A DNA stretch of 64,000 nt from a virus: positions 11,611 to 75,610 of the IMG/VR virus record IMGVR_UViG_3300017544_000199. One strand, given 5' to 3'. The translations under genes and the position numbers were made by a program. The notes under the pieces are model-generated. The model did not search any database, had not been told where the DNA came from, and saw only the letters and a program-made list of their open reading frames with translations. This document shows positions 54,650 through 64,000 of the stretch, in pieces (the first letter of the stretch is position 1; each line of letters begins with the position of its first letter).

Positions 54650-56591
54650 CGCCTACGACGGCGAGACCGACATCGTTCGCGCCTGGGCGCGGGGTCTGGC
54701 GCCCGACCCGGCGCTGACGGTTTCGGAATGGGCGGATCGCTACCGCATTCTTTCGTCGCGAGCCTCGTCCGAGGCGGGGCGCTATCGGACCGACCGCACG
54801 CCTTACATGCGCGACATCATGGATGCGCTTTCGCCTTCGCATCCTGCGCGGCGGATCGTGTTCATGTCGGGCGCGCAGCTTGGTAAGACCGAAGCGGGCA
54901 ACAACTGGATCGGCTACTGCATCCATCAGGCGCCGGGTCCATTCCTCGCGGTCCAGCCGACCACCGAATTGGCGAAGCGCCTGTCGCAGCAGCGCATAGA
55001 GCCGCTTATCGAGGAAAGCCCCGAACTGCGCGAGATCGTCATGCCGGCGCGAACGCGCGACAGCGGCAACACGGTACTCGCAAAGCGGTTCGCCGGCGGA
55101 CAGCTTGTGCTTACCGGCGCGAACAGCGCTGCCGGCCTGCGGTCGATGCCGGCGCGATGGCTCTTCCTCGACGAGGTGGACGCCTACCCCGGCGATGTCG
55201 AGGGAGAAGGCGATCCCGTCGCCCTCGCCGAAGCGCGGACTCGGACGTTCGGACACCGTCGGAAGGTCTTCATGGTCTCGACGCCGACGATCAAGGGATT
55301 GTCGCGGATCGAGCGGGAATTCGAGGCAACGGATCAACGGCGCTACTTCGTGCCGTGCCCGCATTGCCGCCATATGCAATGGCTGCGCTTCGAGCGCCTT
55401 CGCTGGGAAAAGGGACAGCCGGCTACCGCGGAATACATCTGCGAGAACTGCGAGAAAGGCATCGGCGAGCATCACAAGACGGCGATGCTCGCTGCGGGAG
55501 AATGGCGCCCCACCGCCGCATGCGCCGACCCGTATGTGATCGGCTTTCATATTTCTGGCCTCTATTCGCCGGTCGGATGGCTTTCGTGGGAGCAGATCGC
55601 CCGCGATTGGGAAGCGGCGCAAGGGAACGACGCGGCGCTGAAGGCCGCAAAGAACACGCTGCTCGGAGAAAGCTGGCAGGAGCGCGGCGAGGCGCCCGAC
55701 TGGAAACGGCTCTACGAGCGCGAGAAGGAACACGCGCTTCGGACCGTGCCGTGGGGCGGGCTTGTGCTCACGGCCGGCGCTGACGTTCAGCACGACCGCA
55801 TCGAGGTCGATGTATGGGCGTGGGGGCGCGGGCTCGAAAGCTGGCTCGTCGATCACGTCGTGATCGAGGGCGATACGTCCCGCTCCTCGGTTTGGGACGC
55901 GCTGACCCAACTGCTCTCGGCCGAGTGGAAGCACGAAGGCGGCGCGGCGATGCGGATCGCGCGGCTCGCCATCGATTCCGGCGACGGCCGTTCGACATCG
56001 CAGGTCTATTCGTGGGTGCGCCAATTCGGCGCCGGCGTCGCGGTGCCGATAAAGGGCATCGAGGGTTTCGACCGGTCCTCGCCGGTGGACGGCCCCACCT
56101 ACGTCGATGCGACGGAGGGCGGCCGAAAGATTCGGCGCGGCGTCCGGCTCTGGAAGGTTTCGGTCGCGGTGTTCAAGTCCGAGACCTATCGCTTCCTGCG
56201 GTTCGACCGGCCGACGGCGGACGATCTGCGGAACGGCGTCGCGTTTCCCGACGGGTTCATTCACCTGCCGTCGGGGATTTCGGCGGAATGGGTCAAGCAG
56301 CTTACCGCCGAGCAGCTTGTGACGGTTCGCGACAGGCGCGGCTTTTCGAAGCTTGAGTGGCGGCAGATGCGCGAGCGCAACGAGGCGCTCGACTGCCGCG
56401 TCTATGCGCGAGCCGCGGCCTGGATGCTCGGCATCGACCGTTGGCAGGACGCGAAGTGGAAAACCCTTGAGCAGCAGGTCGCGGCGGACCGGCCGGCGGA
56501 GCAGCCCGCGGGCGAAGTGAAGCCGGTCGCCGCGCCGGGCGGGAAGCGGAAATCGAACTGGCTCGGCGGCCGTGACGGGAGATGGTTCTGA
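54597..56591 (+). CDS. Terminase large subunit, GpA family
   Basis: Same motifs as 5277-7274. Confidence 0.95.
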   Translation: MSDGISPNSRTSGSKSGDAYDGETDIVRAWARGLAPDPALTVSEWADRYRILSSRASSEAGRYRTDRTPYMRDIMDALSPSHPARRIVFMSGAQLGKTEAGNNWIGYCIHQAPGPFLAVQPTTELAKRLSQQRIEPLIEESPELREIVMPARTRDSGNTVLAKRFAGGQLVLTGANSAAGLRSMPARWLFLDEVDAYPGDVEGEGDPVALAEARTRTFGHRRKVFMVSTPTIKGLSRIEREFEATDQRRYFVPCPHCRHMQWLRFERLRWEKGQPATAEYICENCEKGIGEHHKTAMLAAGEWRPTAACADPYVIGFHISGLYSPVGWLSWEQIARDWEAAQGNDAALKAAKNTLLGESWQERGEAPDWKRLYEREKEHALRTVPWGGLVLTAGADVQHDRIEVDVWAWGRGLESWLVDHVVIEGDTSRSSVWDALTQLLSAEWKHEGGAAMRIARLAIDSGDGRSTSQVYSWVRQFGAGVAVPIKGIEGFDRSSPVDGPTYVDATEGGRKIRRGVRLWKVSVAVFKSETYRFLRFDRPTADDLRNGVAFPDGFIHLPSGISAEWVKQLTAEQLVTVRDRRGFSKLEWRQMRERNEALDCRVYARAAAWMLGIDRWQDAKWKTLEQQVAADRPAEQPAGEVKPVAAPGGKRKSNWLGGRDGRWF

Positions 56592-56592
56592 A

Positions 56593-56802
56593 ATGAGCTG
56601 GACGCAGGCGGAACTCGACGCGCTCAAGACGGCGTATGCGAGCGGAACGACGCGCGTCACCTACGAAGGCAAGACCGTCGAATACGATTCCGAGGCGGCG
56701 TTGCTTCGGCGCATTCAGACGATCGAGTCCGCGATCAGCGCCGCCGCGGGAACGCCGCGGCCGGTGGCCGGCTATGCCTCCTTCGGCCGCGGTGATCGAT
56801 GA
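56593..56802 (+). CDS. gpW-like head-tail joining protein
   Basis: Homolog of 7271-7480. Confidence 0.85.
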   Translation: MSWTQAELDALKTAYASGTTRVTYEGKTVEYDSEAALLRRIQTIESAISAAAGTPRPVAGYASFGRGDR

Positions 56803-58334
56803 TGCGGGCGCAGGCTCCGGCCCCGACGCTGCTCGACCGCGCGATCGCGGCGGTCGCGCCGCGGACCGGCGTGAAGCGACTGCTCGCCCGCCAGGCCTTC
56901 GATGGCCTGGCGAAGCGCGCTTACGACGGCGCGGCTCGCGGACGGCGGACGGAAGGCTGGCGATCGACCGGCGCCTCGGCAGACGCGGAGATCGCTTCCG
57001 CCGGCGCGCTTCTGCGGAACCGCATGCGCGATCTCGTGCGCAACAACCCGCATGCGGCGAAGGCGGTAAGCGCCTGGGTGAGCAACATCGTGGGCGACGG
57101 AATCACGCCGCGCGCGAACACGGGCAACGCGGCGCTCGACAAGAAAATCGACGCACTCTTCGCCGAATGGTCGAAGGTCTGCGACGCGGACGGCCGGTCG
57201 GACTTCAACGGGCTTACCACGCTCGCCGTCAGAGAAATGGTAGAATCCGGCGACGTGTTCGCGCGGCGCCGCATGCGGCGCGTCGAGGACGGCCTGCCGG
57301 TGCCGTTGCAAATCCAATTGAACGAGGCCGATCACCTCGACGAGTCGAGGCTCGATGCGCGACCGGACGGAAGCCGCACGGTTCGCGGCATCGAATATGA
57401 CGCCATCGGCCGGCGCGCCGCCTATTGGCTCTTCCCGAACCATCCGGGGGACATCGGGCTTTCGGTGTCCCAAAGCATCGTTTCGGTCCGAATTCCCGCC
57501 GACGGAGTGATCCACCTGTTCGCGCGAGACCGCGTTCAGCAGCGCGGCGTGCCGTGGGGCGCGCCCGTGATGCGGGCGCTGCGCGATCTGGACGACTGGA
57601 CGAATTCCGAGCTCGTCCGAAAGAAGACCGAGGCGTGCCTCGTGGGCATCGTCACGGCCGCCGACGACGCCGATCAAGGCGTGGCGCCCGCCGTCGTCGA
57701 TGCGGACGGCAAGACCATCGAGCAGTTCGAGCCCGGCCTTATCGCCTATGCGCGCGGCGGCAAGGACATCAAGTTCAACCAGCCGGCGGCGACGGCCGGC
57801 ATAAGCGAATGGCTGCGGGCGCAGCTTCACATCGTGGCGGCCGGCTTCCGCCTGCCCTACGAGCTGCTGACGGGCGACCTTTCGCAGGTCAACTATTCGT
57901 CGATTCGGGCGGGTATCGTGGAGTTTCGGCGGCTGGTTTCCGCGATCCAGTGGCAGGTCGTCATCCCGATCTTCTGCCAGCCGATATGGGACTGGTTCAT
58001 CGCGGCGGCGTATGCGGCGGGCTTGATCCCCGTAGCGACAGCGGGCGTCGAATGGGAGCCGCCCAAGTTCGAGTATCTCAACCCGCTCGATGACGCCCGC
58101 GCCGACCTGATGATGGTGCGGATGGGCTCGACCTCGCTTCGCCGCGTCGTGGCGCGCCAGGGCGAAAACCTCGACGACATCCTCGCCGAGACTGCCGCGA
58201 CCAACGCGGTTCTCGACGAACTCGGGATCATTCTCGACAGCGATCCCCGCAAGGTCACGCAACAGGGCCTCTATCAGCCCGAAGCGGCAAGCGCATCCGG
58301 CGGTCAGCCCACCGGAGCGACGCAGAAGTCCTAA
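56799..58334 (+). CDS. Portal protein, lambda family
   Basis: Homolog of 7477-8982. Confidence 0.95.
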   Translation: MMRAQAPAPTLLDRAIAAVAPRTGVKRLLARQAFDGLAKRAYDGAARGRRTEGWRSTGASADAEIASAGALLRNRMRDLVRNNPHAAKAVSAWVSNIVGDGITPRANTGNAALDKKIDALFAEWSKVCDADGRSDFNGLTTLAVREMVESGDVFARRRMRRVEDGLPVPLQIQLNEADHLDESRLDARPDGSRTVRGIEYDAIGRRAAYWLFPNHPGDIGLSVSQSIVSVRIPADGVIHLFARDRVQQRGVPWGAPVMRALRDLDDWTNSELVRKKTEACLVGIVTAADDADQGVAPAVVDADGKTIEQFEPGLIAYARGGKDIKFNQPAATAGISEWLRAQLHIVAAGFRLPYELLTGDLSQVNYSSIRAGIVEFRRLVSAIQWQVVIPIFCQPIWDWFIAAAYAAGLIPVATAGVEWEPPKFEYLNPLDDARADLMMVRMGSTSLRRVVARQGENLDDILAETAATNAVLDELGIILDSDPRKVTQQGLYQPEAASASGGQPTGATQKS

Positions 58335-58349
58335 AGCAAGGAGGCAATC

Positions 58350-60383
58350 ATGCCCGATCACGTTCGGGAGCGCCGTGACGTGCTCCCGATGCAAACCCGG
58401 CGCGCGCCGATTTCCTCGGTCGATGCCGAGGCGCGCACCGTCGATCTCGTCTGGACGACCGGCGCGTCGGTTCGCCGTCGCAAGTTCGATTGGGACACGA
58501 TGCGGACCGTCAATTACGACGAAATCCTTATCGTCTCCGACAAGGCGGTCGATCTTTCGCGCCTGAACGCGGGCGCGGCGGTTCTCGACAGCCACGATAC
58601 GTGGTCCACGCAGTCGCAGGTCGCGGTCGTCGAACGCGCCTCGATCGAGGACGGCAAGGGCATCGCCACAGTGCGCTTTCCGCAGCCCGGCGTGGACGCG
58701 AACGCGGATCGGCTGTTCGCCCTCGTGGCCGACAAGATCGTCCGCAACATCTCGGTCGGCTACACGATCGACAAGGTCCGCATCGAGAAGTCGGAGACTT
58801 CCGGCGATGTCGAAAAGTGGTTCATCGAGCGCTGGACGCCGCACGAACTTAGTTTCGTAACCATCCCGGCCGATCCGGGCGCGCAGGTTCGCGCACAGGA
58901 AGCGGACCGTCTCTTCCCCTTCGAAATCGTCAACCGGGCGCAGCCCGCCAATCAGGAGAACCATGCCATGCCGGAAGATACCGTCATGCCGGGCAGCGCG
59001 CCGGCAGAAGACACCGCAACGGAGGCCGCCCGCGGGGCCGCTCCGCAGCCGGCCCCCCAGCCGACCGCCGAGCAGGTGCGCGCGCAGGAGCGCGAGCGCA
59101 TCACCACCATCGTGGGGCTGGTCGATCAGTTCAAGCTCGACCGCGCAGTGGCGGACGATCTCGTCGCGCGCGGCGTGACGATCGAGGAAGCCCGCAAGGT
59201 CGTACTCGACAAGCTGGCCGAGCGCGACTCGCGCGGCGCCGGCCATTCGCAGGTCTCCATGCCGGCCGGCGGCCTGGACGCGACCGTGACGCGCCGCGAG
59301 GCCATCGCGGAGGCGATCCTGCATCGCGCCCAGCCGCAGGCGTTCCAGATGACGGACCGCGCCCGCGAGTATCGCGGCATGCGCCTGCTCGACATCGCGC
59401 GCGATTGCCTGGAAGCGGCGGGCGTGCGCACGCGCGGCATGACGCCCAACGAGATCGCGCACACGGCGACCCGCGGCGCCGGTCTGCAATCGACCAGCGA
59501 CTTCCCGCTCATCCTCGCGGCGGTCGCCGGCAAGCGTCTGCGGCAGGCCTATGCGGGCACGCCGCGCACGTTCACGGCCTGGGCGCGCGGCGTCACGGCC
59601 ACCGACTTCAAGCCGATGTATCCAACGCAGGTCGGCAACTTCCCCGCGCTCAAGGCCGTGATGGAAGGCGCCGAATTCAGCTACGGCACCATCGCGGAAG
59701 GCCGGGAATCCTATCAGCTCGCCACCTATGGCCGCATCGTCGCGCTGACGCGGCAGGCGATCGTCAACGACGATCTCCGCGCCTTCGACCGCGCCATCGG
59801 GACGGCGGGGCAGCGCGCGGCCGACCTCGAATCGAGCATCGTCTACAACGTGCTCATCGCCAACGCGAACCTTGCCGACGGCGTGGCTCTCTTCCACGCG
59901 AACCACGGCAATCTCGGCACCTCGGGCGTGATCGACGAGGGAGCGCTGTCCGAGGCGTGGGAGAAGATGACCCAGCAGAAGGACCTCGGCGATGCGTCCG
60001 GCGCGGACAAGGAATACATCGACGCCCGGCCGCGCTTCATCCTCGTTCCGCCCGGCCAGCGGGCGATCGAGGCCCGCAAGATGCTGGCGGCGACGACGCC
60101 GGCGAAGCCCGACGACGTGAACCCGTTCGCGGGCTCGTTGCAGGTTATCGAGGAGCCGCGTCTGTTCCACAGCGGCGGGCCGCAGCCGTGGTATCTCGCG
60201 GCCGATCCGAACCTCGTCGATACGGTCGAATATGCCCATCTCGAAGGGCAGACCGAGCCGTTCATCGATCAGCGGTCGGGCTTCGAAGTCGATGGCGTCG
60301 AAATCAAGATTCGCCACGACTTCGCGGCGAAGGCGCTCGACTTCCGCGGCCTGTTCAAGAACGCGGGCGCCGATCCGGCTTGA
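58350..60383 (+). CDS. Prohead protease-major capsid fusion
   Basis: LDSH, ISVGY, WTPHELSFVTIPADP; capsid part near-identical to prophage 1. Confidence 0.92.
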   Translation: MPDHVRERRDVLPMQTRRAPISSVDAEARTVDLVWTTGASVRRRKFDWDTMRTVNYDEILIVSDKAVDLSRLNAGAAVLDSHDTWSTQSQVAVVERASIEDGKGIATVRFPQPGVDANADRLFALVADKIVRNISVGYTIDKVRIEKSETSGDVEKWFIERWTPHELSFVTIPADPGAQVRAQEADRLFPFEIVNRAQPANQENHAMPEDTVMPGSAPAEDTATEAARGAAPQPAPQPTAEQVRAQERERITTIVGLVDQFKLDRAVADDLVARGVTIEEARKVVLDKLAERDSRGAGHSQVSMPAGGLDATVTRREAIAEAILHRAQPQAFQMTDRAREYRGMRLLDIARDCLEAAGVRTRGMTPNEIAHTATRGAGLQSTSDFPLILAAVAGKRLRQAYAGTPRTFTAWARGVTATDFKPMYPTQVGNFPALKAVMEGAEFSYGTIAEGRESYQLATYGRIVALTRQAIVNDDLRAFDRAIGTAGQRAADLESSIVYNVLIANANLADGVALFHANHGNLGTSGVIDEGALSEAWEKMTQQKDLGDASGADKEYIDARPRFILVPPGQRAIEARKMLAATTPAKPDDVNPFAGSLQVIEEPRLFHSGGPQPWYLAADPNLVDTVEYAHLEGQTEPFIDQRSGFEVDGVEIKIRHDFAAKALDFRGLFKNAGADPA

Positions 60384-60423
60384 GGATAGACGCCGCCTCG
60401 CGCCTTTCTGCGGCGTCGTGACT

Positions 60424-60457
60424 GCGGAGCGCCTTGACGGCGCTCCGCTTCTTTTTC
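60424..60457 (+). terminator. Intrinsic terminator after capsid gene
   Basis: GCGGAGCGCC ttgac GGCGCTCCGC TTCTTTTT. Confidence 0.65.
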
Positions 60458-60479
60458 CCCCTTCCGATGGAGAACCTCC

Positions 60480-60836
60480 ATGAAGAATTTCGTTCAAGAC
60501 GGCGACATCGTCGTTGTTTCCGCCCCGTACGACCGGACTTCCGGCCAGGGCGCGCAGGTCGGTCAAATCTTCGGCGTCTGCACCGGGGACGCCGTAAGCG
60601 GCGCGGACGTGGCGCTGAAGACCTGCGGCGTGTTCGATCTCGCGAAGGCCGGATCGCAGGCGTGGACCGTCGGCGCGCTTGTCTATTGGGATAACACCAA
60701 CAAGCGTTGCACCACCGTCGCGACCGGCAACCTGCTGATCGGCGCGGCCGTCCAGGCGGTCGATAACGGCTCCGGTTCGACCACCGGCCGAGTCCGCCTG
60801 AACGGCGTCGCGCGGGCGAATGAAGCTTCCAGCTAA
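60480..60836 (+). CDS. DUF2190 capsid decoration protein
   Basis: Homolog of 11072-11422. Confidence 0.85.
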   Translation: MKNFVQDGDIVVVSAPYDRTSGQGAQVGQIFGVCTGDAVSGADVALKTCGVFDLAKAGSQAWTVGALVYWDNTNKRCTTVATGNLLIGAAVQAVDNGSGSTTGRVRLNGVARANEASS

Positions 60837-61165
60837 TGACAGCGATGTCCTCGGCCTTCTCGGCGGCGGTTGACGCGATCTTCCGCGACGCCAACCTGGC
60901 CGAGGACGCGATCTGGCGCGCGGGTGGCGCGGGCGACGGCAGCGCCGTTCGTGTCATCCGCAAATCGCCGGACGAGGTTGTCGGCTTCGGAAGCAGCCGA
61001 GCCGTGATGGCGACGGTGCTGATCGACGCGCGCGTCGCGGAGGTCGCATCCCCCGCCGCCGGCGATTCCGTCGAAATCGACGGCGCCCTGTTCGACATCA
61101 TCGGAACGCCGGTCCGCGACAGCCTCGGCCTCGTGTGGACCTGCGAGGCGTCCCCGCGGGCTTGA
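60836..61165 (+). CDS. Head-tail joining protein
   Basis: Homolog of 11425-11745. Confidence 0.75.
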   Translation: MTAMSSAFSAAVDAIFRDANLAEDAIWRAGGAGDGSAVRVIRKSPDEVVGFGSSRAVMATVLIDARVAEVASPAAGDSVEIDGALFDIIGTPVRDSLGLVWTCEASPRA

Positions 61166-61168
61166 GCC

Positions 61169-61810
61169 GTGCGGTTCAGCTTCAAGGCCGACGATACGGC
61201 CGCTGTTCTCGAGCGAGCCTTCGACGATACCGAGAAGGCCGTCTCCGAGGCGATGGACGAGGTTCAGGCGGGTCTCAAGGACGAGCTTCGCGGACAGGTC
61301 GTCGCCGCCGGCATGGGGCAGCGCCTCGCCAACACCTGGCGGGGCAAGCGCTATCCCGAAGGGCGGCCCAGCATGAATTCGGCCGCCTATGTCTGGACGC
61401 GCGCGCCGGACATCGTGGACGCCTTCGAGCGCGGCGTACCGATCGTCGCGCGGAACAAGCGGTATCTTGCGGTCCCGACCAGGGACGCCGGCGTCAGCCA
61501 CACGACCGTCAAGAACAAGCGGCTGACGCCCGCGATTTGGGAGACGGAAACCGGGGTGAAGCTCCGGTTCGTGCAGCGTGGCGGTCACGCGCTGCTCGTG
61601 ACGGACGCGAGCTATGTGCGACAACCGTCCCGCTGGCGACGGCGGAAATCCTTCAAGCCGATCAGGACGCCGCTGACGGGCGGCAGGCGGTATCTCGTGA
61701 TCTTCGTCCTCGTCCCGATGGTCAATCCGAGAAAGCGGTTCGATGTCGAAGGCGCCGGCGAACGCTGGGCGGATCGCGTCGGCGGGCTCATCGCGGCTCA
61801 TTGGAGATAG
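61169..61810 (+). CDS. DUF6441-like neck protein
   Basis: Homolog of 11748-12389. Confidence 0.7.
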   Translation: MRFSFKADDTAAVLERAFDDTEKAVSEAMDEVQAGLKDELRGQVVAAGMGQRLANTWRGKRYPEGRPSMNSAAYVWTRAPDIVDAFERGVPIVARNKRYLAVPTRDAGVSHTTVKNKRLTPAIWETETGVKLRFVQRGGHALLVTDASYVRQPSRWRRRKSFKPIRTPLTGGRRYLVIFVLVPMVNPRKRFDVEGAGERWADRVGGLIAAHWR

Positions 61811-61813
61811 ACG

Positions 61814-62248
61814 TTGGCGAGCAGGCGCGAACAGGTGATCGAGGCGGTCAAGGCCCTCGTCGCGGCCGCCCTGCCGAACGCCGAGGTCAAGCGGAATCTC
61901 GACAAGCCCGAGCGGATTCCGCCTGGCGGCCTCGTGATCGTCCGCGACGGCGATCCGGGCGAGCCGGACGTTCTCCTTTCGCCGCTCACCTACGTCTACG
62001 AGCATCGCATTCCGCTCGAGATCGCCGCGTTTCCGTCCTCGACGCTTTCGCGCGAAGAGGCGCTGGACGCGATGCTTACGGAGATCGGCGCCGCCGTGGC
62101 GGCCGCCCGGACGCTCGGCGGTCTGTGCGAATTCCTCGACGTGGAAGCTCCGACTTCCGACGATCTCGAAATAGCAGGCGCCGCGTCCGGCCGCTGGGCC
62201 GACGCGGCGATCGTCGCCAGCTACTCGACCACCAACCCGCTCACCTGA
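61814..62248 (+). CDS. Tail terminator-like protein
   Basis: Homolog of 12393-12827. Confidence 0.75.
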   Translation: MASRREQVIEAVKALVAAALPNAEVKRNLDKPERIPPGGLVIVRDGDPGEPDVLLSPLTYVYEHRIPLEIAAFPSSTLSREEALDAMLTEIGAAVAAARTLGGLCEFLDVEAPTSDDLEIAGAASGRWADAAIVASYSTTNPLT

Positions 62249-62269
62249 AATTCAATCAAGGAGGCTCTC

Positions 62270-63565
62270 ATGGCCCGCGCCCGCGGGGCCAACGCCGTCA
62301 TGGCGCTGGCCTTTGAAACCACCTATGGCACGCCGCCCGGATCGGGCTTCAAGAAGGTGCCCTTCGTTTCGTCGCAGCTTGGCGAACAGCAGGACCTCAT
62401 CGCCAGCGATCTTCTAGGCTACGGTCGCGACCCGCAGCAGCCCGCGCGTGATGTGATCAACAACGACGGCGATGTCGTCGTCCCGCTCGATCTTCGCAAT
62501 TTCGGCTACTGGCTCAAGCTCCTGTTCGGATCGCCCACGACCACGCAGGGCACGGCAGCGGCCGGCAGTTTCAAGTTCAACGCGCAACCGGAGGATGGGG
62601 CCACGATCACCATCGGCGGTGCCAACTGGACGTTCAAGGCGAGCGGGGCAAGCGGCGACCAAAGCCTGATCGGTTCGACGCTGCGCGATACGCTGACCAA
62701 CGCCGTCATCGGGCTGAACGCTAGCGCCACGACCGCGATCAAGGCGCAGACCTATACGCTTAACGAGGCCGGCGATACGATCGTCGTTACCTCCGACACC
62801 ATCGGCACGCCCGGCAACAGCGTCACGCTCGCGGCTTCCGACAGCGGCGACGACGCCGATTCCCACGCCACGGCATCGGGAGCGACGCTTAGCGGCGGCG
62901 GGACGACCGGCGCCTACAATCATGTCTTCGTTTCCGGCGCGCTCACTCTGCCGTCGGCGGCGATCGAGGTCGGGATGCCGGACGTGCCGAGCTACGGCAT
63001 GAACTTCGGCGCCATGGCGGACAAGCTCGCCATCCAGCTTCAGCGTTCTGGTCTGCTCAACGGCACGGTCAGCATCGTCGCCCAGGGCGAGACCCGAGGA
63101 GGCGCGTCGGGCGCCGGCTCGCCGACCGAGCAGGTCATCGAGCGCTTTACGCAGTTCACAGGACAAATCCGCCGCGACGGCGTGCCGCTCGGCAATGTCG
63201 TTTCGGGCACCTTCACCTACGCGAACAACCTTGACAAGGTGGAGGTCATCCGGCCCGACGGACGCATCGCCGGCGCCGATCCCGCCATGCTCGCGGTGAC
63301 CGGTCAGGTCGCGGTCCGCTTCGCCGACACCAGCCTCCTCGATCTCGCTGTCGCCGGCACCGCCATCGAGCTGATCTTCGAGTGGTCGATCGCTGACGGG
63401 AAGCTCCTGCGGTTCGTCGTGCACAACGTGAACCTGCCAAAGCCAAAGCTGCCGATCACCGGGCCGGCCGGCGTGCAGGCGTCCTTCGACTGGCAGGCGT
63501 CGGAGCATCCGACGCTGGCAAAGACCTGCACGGCGGTTCTCGTCAACGACGTTTCTTCCTACTGA
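62270..63565 (+). CDS. Tail tube protein with inserted domain
   Basis: Homolog of 12850-14136. Confidence 0.88.
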   Translation: MARARGANAVMALAFETTYGTPPGSGFKKVPFVSSQLGEQQDLIASDLLGYGRDPQQPARDVINNDGDVVVPLDLRNFGYWLKLLFGSPTTTQGTAAAGSFKFNAQPEDGATITIGGANWTFKASGASGDQSLIGSTLRDTLTNAVIGLNASATTAIKAQTYTLNEAGDTIVVTSDTIGTPGNSVTLAASDSGDDADSHATASGATLSGGGTTGAYNHVFVSGALTLPSAAIEVGMPDVPSYGMNFGAMADKLAIQLQRSGLLNGTVSIVAQGETRGGASGAGSPTEQVIERFTQFTGQIRRDGVPLGNVVSGTFTYANNLDKVEVIRPDGRIAGADPAMLAVTGQVAVRFADTSLLDLAVAGTAIELIFEWSIADGKLLRFVVHNVNLPKPKLPITGPAGVQASFDWQASEHPTLAKTCTAVLVNDVSSY

Positions 63566-63585
63566 CAAATTCGAAAGGGGGCACA

Positions 63586-64000
63586 ATGCTTCGATTGTCC
63601 GCGCCGCGGCACGAACCCTATTGGCTCGATCTGGTTCCCGGCGTGCGGGTGAAGGTTCGGCCGGTGACAGTGGCGGCGATCATCGCGGCGCGTCAGGCCG
63701 CGGCGGAAGCCATCAGGTCGGCCGCCGACGACGGCGTCTTCGTCGGAAGCGCGGCCTTCACGCGGAGCCTCGCGCGCTGGGGCATCCTCGAATGGGAAGG
63801 CATCGGCGACGCGGCCGGCACGCCGATCGACCCCACGCCCGACAACATCGACGCGCTGCTTGAGGTCTGGCAGGCCTTCGACGCGATCGACCGCCTCTAT
63901 GTGGCGCCGGCGCTGATCCAGGCCGACGAAAAAAACGCATCCTCGCCCTCGCCGAATGGCACTTCGGCGGGGGCGAAGGCTACTGCGCCGCGTGCGCGAG
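63586..64000 (+). CDS. Tail assembly chaperone (partial), slippery A AAA AAC at 63930-63936
   Basis: MLRLSAPRHEPYWLDLVPG...DEKNASS; homolog of 14184-14624. Confidence 0.8.
   Translation, partial: MLRLSAPRHEPYWLDLVPGVRVKVRPVTVAAIIAARQAAAEAIRSAADDGVFVGSAAFTRSLARWGILEWEGIGDAAGTPIDPTPDNIDALLEVWQAFDAIDRLYVAPALIQADEKNASSPSPNGTSAGAKATAPRAR

Larger units (their letters stand above)
35640..64000 (+). mobile_element. Prophage 2, right part outside window
   Basis: att core, integrase, immunity, replication, then late genes syntenic with prophage 1. Confidence 0.92.

Noticed and set aside
56772..60566. 1264-aa minus-strand ORF (also 9033-11072, 14821-16761, 19620-21878, 21966-23864, 45005-47002, 54642-56660)
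   Set aside because: Antisense shadows of high-GC structural genes; no recognisable motifs
48662..64000. Assembly duplication of 133-14600
   Set aside because: Many synonymous differences, indels, a different protease domain and unique inserts show two distinct prophages

Overview
High-GC alphaproteobacterial-type DNA holding two related, co-oriented lambda-like siphoviral prophages in tandem. Prophage 1 (<1-~35.7 kb) shows its late region: RuvC-like gene, cos, a ParB/MTase/PLP module, terminase, portal, protease-capsid, GTA-like tail tip and lysis genes. It ends in a ~9 kb defence cargo (AIPR, NurA-HerA, Vsr, AspBHI/Mrr-like nuclease, C5-MTase). A 48-bp 3' half of an initiator-type tRNA-Met (35640-35687, minus strand) marks the att junction. 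Prophage 2 follows with integrase, an IrrE/XRE switch, recombination/replication genes, GapR, GcrA and J-domain genes, then a second late region running off the window. The top observation: in both prophages a complete tRNA(CAT) cloverleaf lies in frame inside the first ~25 codons of a PLP-dependent enzyme gene coupled to a split DNA amino-methyltransferase. All 20 stem pairs are identical between copies and the tertiary 15:48 pair covaries. Other points: a cos-to-cos spacing of 48,546 bp, a -1 frameshift tail chaperone, internal starts, a swapped prohead protease domain, 10-bp-period operator-like repeats and an iteron cluster. All family calls come from motif recognition by eye; no searches were run.
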